Positions 25,170 through 35,000 of a stretch of DNA of 64,000 bases are shown here, one piece after another (the first letter of the stretch is position 1; each line of letters begins with the position of its first letter). The notes below the pieces were generated by a model that did no database searches, was not told the origin of the DNA, and was given only the letters and a program-made list of their open reading frames with translations. Source of the stretch: Paludibacteraceae bacterium. GTDB lineage: Bacteria > Bacteroidota > Bacteroidia > Bacteroidales > Paludibacteraceae. The stretch spans positions 10,345-74,344 of the forward strand of contig CAJOIZ010000006.1 in the NCBI GenBank assembly GCA_905234835.1. The letters are read 5' to 3'. The position numbers and the translations under genes are program-made.

Positions 25170-26645
25170 ATGGAAAACGAAAAGCAATCCCTCGTAGAGG
25201 AACTGAAAGGTCTGATGGAGCAGAATGTGAGTGAGGTAAAAGAACAAGTGGAGCAGGTGAAGAGCCGTTTCTACCGCGTGTATCACCAGGAGCTGGAGGA
25301 AGCCAAGAAGGCTGCCGAAGAAGCTGCTGAAAAGGCAGGCGAAACGCTTTCGGAGTGGGTACCGCCCATTGACGAGGCGGAGCAGCAACTGCGCGAACTG
25401 CTCAACCAATACAAGCAGAAACGCCAGGAGATGGCGAAGCAAGCCGAGGAGGAGATGGCGCAGAACCTCCTGCGCAAGGAAAACATTCTGAACCAGATGA
25501 AGGAGATGGCGCAGGCTGAGTCGGCAGACGTGATGAGCAATCTGCAGAAGATGCGCGACCTGCAGGCGGAATGGAAAACCATCGGCGCGGTTCCTCCCCA
25601 GAAATCGCAGGAGATATGGAAGCAGTACCAGCTCTACCAGGAGCAGTTCTACGACCTGGTGAAAATCAATATCGAGTTGCGCGACCTTGATTTCAAGAAG
25701 AACCTTGAGGCAAAGACCCTTCTGTGCGAAGCCGCAGAGAAACTGCAGGAGAACGAGAACATCGTGGAAGCGGGACGTGCCTTGCAGCAGCTGCATAACG
25801 AGTGGGCGGAGATAGGTCCCGTGGCACGCGAACTGCGCGAAGAGTTGTGGAACCGTTTCAAAGCCGCCAGCACCGTCATCAACAAGCGTCATCAAGCCTA
25901 TTTTGACGCGCTTCACGAGCAGGAGCAAGCTAATCTGGAGAAGAAACAGGCACTCATAGAGCGACTCAAAGCGGTTGACCTCACGCAGATAACGACCGGC
26001 AAGTTGTGGAACGAAGCCCAACAGACCATTCAGGCTATTCAGGACGAATGGCGCCAGATTGGCTTTGCCCCGAAAAAATACAACCAAGCCATCTACGAGG
26101 AGTACCGCAGTCTGTGCAACGCCTTCTACAAGGCACGCACATCGTTCTTCAAGGACCGCCGTGACGAGCTGAACGAGAACATGAAAGCCAAACGCAGCCT
26201 CATTGACCGTGCCACCGAACTGCTGAACAGCGAGGACTGGCAGGAGAGAGCCGAAGAGATGCGCAACCTGCAGAGGGAGTGGAAGAACGTAGGACCAGTG
26301 CTGCACAAGTTCTCCGACGAATTGTGGCAGCAGTTCACAGCCATCTGCGACCAGTTCTTCGAGAAGAAGCGCGGCGCAGAAAAGACCTCACGGGACGAGA
26401 AGGAGAAAGCACGCACCGACAAAACAATGCAGTCAGGAGACCGAGGCAAACTGATGCGTCTGTACGAGAACCTGCAGCAGGAAATCAAAACGGCAGAAAA
26501 CAACATCCTTTTCTTCACCGGCAAGTCGAAGAGCGGCAACCGCATCGTGGAGGACATGCAGAAGAAGATTGACAAGCAGAAGCAGCAGTTGAAAGAGATC
26601 GAAGAGAAGATCAACGCTCTTGACAACGCTGAAAACGCACAATAG
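25170..26645 (+). CDS. DUF349 repeat protein
   Basis: It contains repeated 'L...W+.IG.VP......LW..F' units, for example 'LQAEWKTIGAVPPQKSQEIWKQY' and 'LQREWKNVGPVLHKFSDELWQQF'. Confidence 0.75.
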   Translation: MENEKQSLVEELKGLMEQNVSEVKEQVEQVKSRFYRVYHQELEEAKKAAEEAAEKAGETLSEWVPPIDEAEQQLRELLNQYKQKRQEMAKQAEEEMAQNLLRKENILNQMKEMAQAESADVMSNLQKMRDLQAEWKTIGAVPPQKSQEIWKQYQLYQEQFYDLVKINIELRDLDFKKNLEAKTLLCEAAEKLQENENIVEAGRALQQLHNEWAEIGPVARELREELWNRFKAASTVINKRHQAYFDALHEQEQANLEKKQALIERLKAVDLTQITTGKLWNEAQQTIQAIQDEWRQIGFAPKKYNQAIYEEYRSLCNAFYKARTSFFKDRRDELNENMKAKRSLIDRATELLNSEDWQERAEEMRNLQREWKNVGPVLHKFSDELWQQFTAICDQFFEKKRGAEKTSRDEKEKARTDKTMQSGDRGKLMRLYENLQQEIKTAENNILFFTGKSKSGNRIVEDMQKKIDKQKQQLKEIEEKINALDNAENAQ

Positions 26646-26646
26646 C

Positions 26647-27318
26647 ATGGATATTCTCAACTACAAGGATGTAGAACTCCGCCGCCACGAGCAGATTGTG
26701 CTTGACCGCGTGAACGTCACCGTTCAGTCGGGCGAGATGGTCTATCTGCTAGGACGTGTCGGGTCAGGCAAATCTACGTTTTTGAAATCGCTGTACGCGG
26801 AAGTGCCATTGCACAGCGGCAAAGGTACTTTCGTAGGCTACGACCTGAACAGTATCCGCCAGCGCGACATCCCTATGCTGCGCCGCAGGATAGGAATCGT
26901 GTTCCAGGATTTCCAGTTACTGTCTGACCGCACAGTGGAGGAGAACCTGCTTTTTGTGCTGCGTGCCACAGGTTGGAAAGACAAGCAGGTGATGCGCTCA
27001 CATGTGCAGGACACACTGGGACAGGTAGGTATGGGCGACAAAGCATACAAGATGCCTTACCAACTGTCAGGCGGCGAACAGCAGCGTATCGTGATAGCAC
27101 GCGCGTTGCTCAACTCGCCCGAAGTCATCCTTGCTGATGAGCCGACAGGCAACCTCGACTTTGAGACAGGTAAGGAGATTATGGAACTGCTCTACGGCAT
27201 CCGTCAGGCAGGAATGACCATTATCATGTCCACCCACAACCGTTCGTGGCCGGAACTCTTCCCCGGACGGCAACTAATGTTTGCCGGCGGTCGCGTCAGC
27301 GAAAACACCGGCGAATAA
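26647..27318 (+). CDS. ftsE: FtsE-like ABC ATP-binding protein
   Basis: Walker A 'GRVGSGKST', signature '[15 protein letters not shown]' and Walker B '[11 protein letters not shown]'. No ftsX gene is adjacent. Confidence 0.7.
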   Translation: MDILNYKDVELRRHEQIVLDRVNVTVQSGEMVYLLGRVGSGKSTFLKSLYAEVPLHSGKGTFVGYDLNSIRQRDIPMLRRRIGIVFQDFQLLSDRTVEENLLFVLRATGWKDKQVMRSHVQDTLGQVGMGDKAYKMPYQLSGGEQQRIVIARALLNSPEVILADEPTGNLDFETGKEIMELLYGIRQAGMTIIMSTHNRSWPELFPGRQLMFAGGRVSENTGE

Positions 27319-27333
27319 GAAGTCTGCACAAAC

Positions 27334-29040
27334 TTACATATTGTGTCTGCATACATCGCACCTTCCGCAAGGGTGCGGTGTTTGTTCTCCGAAGTACCGA
27401 AGCAGGAACTGCTGCCTACAGGTGTCCTGCTGTACGGCATAGGCCATCATTGCCGAAAGGCGGTTGACATAACGCTCCATACGCTCTTCATAGAATGCTT
27501 TCGGGATATAAACCTCTTTCTGACGGTCCTGCCGAAAGGCGAAAAGACAGGCACGGGTGCGCGGAATATAGACCAGTATATGCCTTGCAGCCAGTTCCGC
27601 CAGCGTATGGTGCAGACTGTCGGTCATCTCTTCACGCAAGTACTGCAGGTCGGTGAACACGCCCGGATAAGTGCGCATCAGACGGGTGATAAGCGACTTC
27701 TGTTCTGTGGTGAGTGAATAGGCGTTCAGTTCGTGCGGCGGAACGAGCAAACGTACACGCGGCTGCGTCTCCTGCTCCTCCTGAAAGAGGATATACCCTG
27801 CCATATCAAGGAGATGGAGAGCGGAATAGGTTGGTAGAAGGGGTAGTCGCATCTTCCTGCACACATCGTCCACGTGCAGCGCAAACGAGTGTCCGTAGCC
27901 GCTTTCCACACCGACCACGAGGTAGTCGCAGACTTTGTTATAGACCTCTTCGACAAACTCCTTGGCGGGAAAATTGTCGTACTGCCGCTTCTTCAATTTG
28001 GTGCGGTCATCCTTTGAGAAGAGGAGTACAGCGTACGCTTTCTGACCATCACGCCCTGCCCTACCCGCTTCCTGCATATACGCCTCGAGGCTGTCGGGCA
28101 GGTCGTAGTGGATGACCAAGCGCACATCGGGTTTGTCAATACCCATACCGAAGGCATTGGTGCAGACCATCACCGAACTGCTCTGCTGCCATTGTTTCTG
28201 TCTGCGCTCGCGCTCATAGGTATCCAAGCCTGCATGGTAGAAATCGGTGTTGAGCATCTGCGCTATCTCCTGCGCTTTCTTGCGGTTGCGCACATAGACG
28301 ATAGCGGAACCCTGTACACGCTCCAGTATATGCTTCAGTTGTTCGTTCTTGGTGAGCAACGACGGGTCTTCCTTTGCGGACGGCCGGTCGGAGCGGCAGT
28401 AACGGACTGCGTAACACAGATTGTCCCTCGCGAACGACTGACGTATAACATTGCTCTTGGCAAAGCGCAGCTGTTTTTGGATGTCTTCCGCCACCTCGGG
28501 TGTGGCGGTGGCGGTAAGAGCCAAGACGGGTATATGCCCGAAGGTCTCTTCCAGCAGGTCACGCAGTTCGCCGATACGCAGATAGGACGGCCGGAAATCA
28601 TATCCCCACTGACTTATGCAGTGGGCTTCGTCCACAGCAATGAGGCTGACAGGCAGGTAAGACAGCCTGCGGCGGAAGTTCTCGCTTTCCAACCGTTCGG
28701 GAGAAACATACAGAAAGCGGTATGGACCGTACTGGCAGTTGTCGAGAGCGGTCTCCTGCGCCTGCTTGGACATACCCGTATAGATAGCGGCAGCCCGTAT
28801 GCCGCGCCTGAGCAGGTGTTCCACCTGGTCTTTCATCAGCGCGATAAGGGGTGTAATGACCAGACACAACCCTTCTTCGCAGGTCAGCACAGGCACCTGG
28901 AAGCAAATGCTCTTTCCTCCTCCTGTCGGGAGGAGAGCCAGCGTATCCGCTCCGTTCAACACGGAGCGGATAATCTCCTCCTGCAGGGGGCGGAAAGCGG
29001 AATAGCCGAAATACCTGTGTAAAGCCTCCTCCGGGGTCAT
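27334..29040 (-). CDS. RecQ-family ATP-dependent DNA helicase
   Basis: 'FRPLQEEII', 'LPTGGGKSICFQVP', 'VDEAHCISQWGYDFRPSY' and 'NAFGMGIDKPDVRLVIHYDLP'. Confidence 0.85.
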   Translation of the reverse strand: MTPEEALHRYFGYSAFRPLQEEIIRSVLNGADTLALLPTGGGKSICFQVPVLTCEEGLCLVITPLIALMKDQVEHLLRRGIRAAAIYTGMSKQAQETALDNCQYGPYRFLYVSPERLESENFRRRLSYLPVSLIAVDEAHCISQWGYDFRPSYLRIGELRDLLEETFGHIPVLALTATATPEVAEDIQKQLRFAKSNVIRQSFARDNLCYAVRYCRSDRPSAKEDPSLLTKNEQLKHILERVQGSAIVYVRNRKKAQEIAQMLNTDFYHAGLDTYERERRQKQWQQSSSVMVCTNAFGMGIDKPDVRLVIHYDLPDSLEAYMQEAGRAGRDGQKAYAVLLFSKDDRTKLKKRQYDNFPAKEFVEEVYNKVCDYLVVGVESGYGHSFALHVDDVCRKMRLPLLPTYSALHLLDMAGYILFQEEQETQPRVRLLVPPHELNAYSLTTEQKSLITRLMRTYPGVFTDLQYLREEMTDSLHHTLAELAARHILVYIPRTRACLFAFRQDRQKEVYIPKAFYEERMERYVNRLSAMMAYAVQQDTCRQQFLLRYFGEQTPHPCGRCDVCRHNM

Positions 29041-29089
29041 TGTGCCGGTACGCTTGTCTTAATCCGTCTGCAAAGTCACGATATGCAAA

Positions 29090-32000
29090 CTACTTAATCT
29101 TCAGACCGGTGAGGTTGAACACTTTGTTGTCAGGAGTCAGGATGTAAACATGTCCGTCAATCAGGACTTTGCGTACAGTCCGTGTGTCCTTATCCGCTTC
29201 ATCGCCGCTGATGTCGGGCAGAGCCGTCGGAGCTGATTTGAGGGTAAAGACGGCAACAAGGTCGATGTCACTATCCACAACTATCTGACGAGCGATGTCT
29301 GTCACTTCGTCCGACCAGCCTGAGAACTCATAGCCTTCCTGCGGTACGGCAGTCAGCGTCAGCTGTGTGCCGTAAGGAACTGCGTTGAGGTCCAATTCGA
29401 TTTCTTCGTCAAGGGGCTTCACATCTATCGTTCCGTGTTCGGCAGAAAGCGTCACCTTGTAGGTCAGAACACTGTAAACCGGCTTGATATCAAGATCGGA
29501 CTTCACATGACTGAACTCTGCACTCCAGCCTGTGAACAGATGACCTTCCCATGTTTCCAATTCAGGCTCTTTCGCTGCCTCGTTCCACTCGACGGTCTGC
29601 GTACTGATAACATTGTCTTCGCGGTCGTAGAAGCGGACGGTGTAGGTATTGATTTCGTACTGCGCCTTGATGGTAATATCGGCGGTGACTTCGTTGAAGA
29701 AACCGTCCCAACCAATGAAGGTGTATCCGTCGCGAACCGGGTTAACGGGTGCCGTAGCGGACTGACCATACTCCACTTTCTCTGCTTTGAGTTCGTTGCC
29801 GTTCCAGTCTACAAACTTGACAGTATAAAGAATAGTGTCATAGACAGGCTTGATGTCGAGGTCTGCTTTGACATGTTCGAAGTCAGTGTCCCAGGCGGTG
29901 AAGGTGTGTCCATCCCATGCCGGAGTCTCGGGTGTTTCGGCTGCCTCGTTCCATTTCACGGTCTGCGTACTGATAACCTTGCCTTCACGGTCGTAGAACG
30001 TGACAGTGTAGGTATTAATCTCGTACTGTGCAGTAACGGTGAGGTCGGCTTTCACATGGTCAATAGCTTTGTCCCAGCCCTTGAAGGTGTATCCTTCGCG
30101 TTTGGGGTCGGACGGATAGATTGCGGCGCCGTCCCAGTCAATAGTCTGCTTGGACAACTCTGTGCCGTCCCAGTCCACAAAGGTGACGGTGAATTTGTTT
30201 ATCTCGTACTGGGCGGTCACTTCGAGGTCTTTAGTCACTTGGCTGAAGTCGGTATCCCAACCCTTGAAAGTGTAACCCTCTACGGCAGGAGCATCGGGAG
30301 CGACAGCGGCGGTGTTCCAGTCAACGGTCTGTTTGGATAGTTCGACACCGCCGTTTCCGAAGAAGGTCACGGTGTATTTGTTGATTTCGTACTGAGCGGT
30401 CACAACGAGGTCTGACTTGACGGACGAGTAGTCTTTGTCCCAACCGGTAAAGGTGTATCCCTCACGATAGGGTTTCTTCGGTGTGTCGGCTTCAGTGCCC
30501 CATGCAACTGCCTGCGAGAATACCACTGTGCCGTCCCAGTTCTTGAACGTAACGTTGTAATAATTGATTTCGTACACCGCCTTGACGGTAATGTCAGCGT
30601 TGACTTCGTTGAAGAAACCGTCCCAGCCGATGAAGGTGTAGCCCTCCACTTCGGGTGCTTCGGGAGCAGTGGCGGCACCGCCAGGCGCAACCTGCTCGGT
30701 CTTGAGGGTGTTGCCTTCTGCGTCCTTGAAAGTGACTGTGTACGGGTCATGCTCAAAGGTGGCTGTCACCGTCTTGTTGTCCTCCATGGTGAAGATACGG
30801 TATGCCGTTTCGCTGCCGTTCTCCCACTGCTTGAAGTGGTAGTTCTCGTCCGCTTTGATGTCCAATACGATGACGGTGCCGAACGGAACAGCCTTGACAT
30901 CTACCGCATCCTCGGCCAAAGTATGCGCTGTCACCGTGCCGTGGTCGGCATTTATGGTGAGTTCGTACTCGTTGATGGTGTATTGTGCCGTTACCTCCTC
31001 GTCGTCCGTGAGATTGGTCGGACTCATGGACCATCCGGCGAAGGAGTAACCTTTGCGCGTCGGCTCAAAGCCCTCTGTATCCACCGAACCGCCGTATGCA
31101 ACTTTGACGGTGTGCAGCGTCGTGCCGTCCCAGTCAAGGAACCGGATATAGAGCTGTCGCGGCTCGAAGGAGGCGGTGAAGGTCTCCGGTGTCTCGCCCA
31201 CCGTGATGGTACGCTTGGCATCAAACGGATTGGCCTGTCCGTCGTCCCATCCGGCAAACACATAGCCTTCGGCGGGTTCCGCCTCTATCTCCGTCGTGCT
31301 GCCTTTCTCAAAGACACCCGAGCCGGTGACCGTACCCTTGCTGTCGTCTTCCGAAACGACCGTCACCTCTGTTTCATACTCATCGATGGTGTAGAACTCC
31401 TGCCATACGTCAGCGTACATATAGTCGTCCTGTGCGCCGTATGGCACGAACAGCTCGATCTGGCTGATGTCCACATCCTCAAACACTTCCCGTCCGCTGA
31501 TGTCGGGGTGTTCGGTAGCGCGTTCGACAATCTTCTCTATCTTGGTGCAGCCCTTGAAGGCGTTCACGCCTATCTCGTCTGTGGAGGAGGGTAAGTCAAG
31601 CGAAGTGAGCGCGCAGTCCTGGAAGGCGCGTTCGCCGATGTCCATCAGACCTTTCTTGAGGTTGATGCTCTCCAAAGAGGTGCATCCCATAAACGCCTCG
31701 GCGTTGATGCTGGACATATTGGACATCAGTTGTACGGTGCGCAGTTGCGTGCAGCCTTTGAACGCCCTGGGATTGATACCCATCACGGGGTACTCCAGTT
31801 CGTTGAAGGTCACTTTCTCGGGTATGACGAGGTCGGCGGGCAGGTTCTTGTAGTTGAGGTCGATATCCTCACTCTCCGGCATCACCCATGCATACTGGTA
31901 AGGCGACTCGCCCAGCTCGTAGTAGAGGCCGCCTATCTGTGCGCCCATCTCGTAGATATGGCAGAAGTCCTTCCACTCGTCCGCCGCAGCGTAAGCCGCT

Positions 32001-35000
32001 TTGGCTCCGTAGGGTACATACAGGTCGCAGCGCACATCCTCCGGATGGTTGAACACGTTCAGTCCGGCTATGTCCAACGGTTCGTTACGCTCCGTGCGCA
32101 CCACCATATAGCCGGTGAAGAACGCCTTTTCGCCTATCTCTGTCAAGGTGTAAGGCAGATGGATGTATGACAGGTTGGTGCCGAAGAAGGCATACTTGCC
32201 CACTGTCTTCAAGCCCTCCTGCAGTTTCATCTTGCCCGATATCCAGCTGTTGTGGAACGCATAGTCGCCTATCTCGCGAATGCTGTTGGGCAGGGTGACA
32301 CTGGTCACGCCGTGGCTGCCGGCAAACGCATACGGAGCCACCGATGTCACTTGATAAGCATTGCCTCCTACGGTGATGACAGACGGGATGACGATGTCTC
32401 CCTCAAGGTCGAAATAGTTGTACACGCTGTTGAATATTTCCGGTGCTACAGCGGCGGTGCCGTTCTCCTCATCTATCAGGTAATAAACGCCGTCAATGCA
32501 GGGGTTCTCCTCTTTGATGGCGAAGTCTTTCCACTGGTCAGCGCTCTCGTAGTTGGCTTTGCAGCCGTAGGGTACATAGAGTGTTGATTTGGCGGGGTTC
32601 ATACCCTCAAAGAGGCTTACACCGATAGACATTTGTTCGGGACTCTCAGCGCGCACATACACGTTGCGTGCTATCGTGTTGTTTCTGAAGGCGTAGTCGC
32701 CTATGGCGTTCACAGCAGGGATGATAACCCAGTTGAGTTTGGTGCAGTTGTCAAACGCACCAACGCCAATCATATCGAGCGACTTGGGCAGCAGTATCTC
32801 ATGCACCAGCGTACCGAAGAACGCATTGTCGCCGATGGTCTGCGTGGCATTGGAGAAATCAACTGCCGAAAGATTCGGGCAGTTACGGAACGCGTTCTGC
32901 TCGATGGTGGTCAGTTCAGGACAGTCCGTCATATTCAGGGTATAAAGCGCCTCGTTGTTCTCGAACGCGCCCTCACAGATGTACTTCACCGATGCGGGTA
33001 TCTTAGTCGGGCCGTGCTTGCAGTACGCCAGCGCGCCGCCTGCAATCAGGCGTGTACCCTTCTCTATCTCGGGGAAGGCATAGTCCTTCAGTATATCGTC
33101 TTTGGCAGCAATCAGGCACTGGTCTTTGTGCAGCAGTCCCTGGAAATAGTTGGCGTCGTTCTGGACGAAATTGGTGAGATAGAACGCGTCCTGTCCGATA
33201 GAAGTGACGGACATCGGGATATTGAATGACGCAAGGTTCATACAGGGTGAGAAAGCCTGTTTGCCAATGGTCATGATGCCTTCCGGCAGGGTGATGTCCG
33301 ACAGGTCGTTGTTGTTTCCGCTGAAAGCGAAGTCGGCAATCGCGGTCACTTTGTATTGCGTATCGTCGTAGTCGAATGTGGCGGGGATGACATACTTCTT
33401 GTCCCATGCAAGGTCTTTGTAGTTCAAATCCCAGTCGGTGCTCTCGTAGGTGAGTGTCGCCGTATGGGCAGCCTCGTCGAGGAAGTAATAGAAGTCACCT
33501 ATCTTCGTCTGGTATTCCACCATCGCGAAATTCTTCCATACATCCGCAGCCTCGTATTTGCCACGGTTTCCTGAGGGGATATGCAGGGTAACTTTGCTCT
33601 GATCCACATCGGCGAACACGCCCTTCTCGGCAATGTTCTGCGGATTAGTGCTCAACGTGACAATATCTTTCAGTCCCGTGCAACCGTAGAAAGCGTCCTT
33701 GCCGAGATAGATGTCTTTGGGCAGTGTGAGTGTGTCCAACGCGGTGCATCCTCTGAAGGCAGCATCTCCGATGAAGGCAGCGGTCGCCGGCAGAACAATG
33801 TCCTCCAACGCGCTACATCCATCGAAGGCAGCAGCCCCCACCGAATAGGTCTTTGACGGGTCACAGTCCCATTCGACTTTTTTGAGTGACATGCTGTTCT
33901 TAAACGCCTCCGCGTCTATGGTTGTAAGCAGTGGCGGAAGTTTAATGCTTGTTATAGGAGAATGTGCAAAAGCACCTTGAGCGACATTTGTCACATAATA
34001 ACCTTGACCATTCACCATCAACGGTTCGGCAGGAATCGTTACTTCTTCCAAGCCCGCATAGTTATTTTCGTCTTGTGTCTCGTATGTGACGGTAGCGTTT
34101 GCTGTATTCTTATTCAGTATATAGCACAATCCGTCAATTTTTACCGGTTCTTCGACAATCTGCATCTCCTGCCAATACGGAGCGGCAGCATACTGGTATT
34201 TGGTTCCGCTCGGCACGTGCGCCGTTATCTTTTTCAGATCCACGTCACGCCATACGCCGAGAGAAGTCTTACCCTTATCGTTGATATATGGTACATGTTT
34301 ATCAGAGAGGACATCTATTTCTTTCAAATTCACACAATCAGCAAATGCTTGTTCACCAATGGTAATATTATAAGATCCAGTCATCGAACATTCCAATGTC
34401 ACTTTTTCCAATTGGCTACACCCCATAAATGCACCACCTGCTATACGACTGCTGTTTATTGTCACCTTTTTCAGCGGAGTGTTACGGAATGCAAAGAAAT
34501 CAATTTGTCTATTAACTGTGATTTCGGTCAATGCCGTATTGGAAAAGGCATAGTCAAGGACATACGCATTAATATAGTTTTCGGTAATATCATTACTTGT
34601 GTATTGGCAATTCACCTTTCTCAATTGCGTACAATTCTCAAAACAATGCGTACGGATATTATCTACAGAACTTGGAATGGTCACACTGCGGACAGGTGTG
34701 CCGGCAAATGCGCCATCACCCAACAAATTCACTTCTACAAACGCACCGTTGCTCATTTTGAAACTGCGCGGTATAACGACTTCTTCCGCCTCGAAATTGA
34801 ATAGCGGATTAATACCGATGACCATTCCCATATAGGTTTTACCATCGCGACTCTCTACCCTGTATTGCAGATCGCCGTTCCATATCTCGCGTTCGCCGCT
34901 GTCATCAATGCGGAAGTTCTTCCAGCCTTCTGCTTTGGCGTAGTCGTTCTTGGTCAGCGTCGGCACTTGCAGCACTGCTTCCTGCGGAACGGGGTCGAAA

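Noticed and set aside
25107-26306. A 399-aa ORF antisense to the DUF349 gene.
   Set aside because: The Leu/Phe/Gln-rich product is the mirror image of the Glu/Lys/Gln-rich DUF349 repeats (GAA/AAG/CAG codons read backwards). No independent start context is present.
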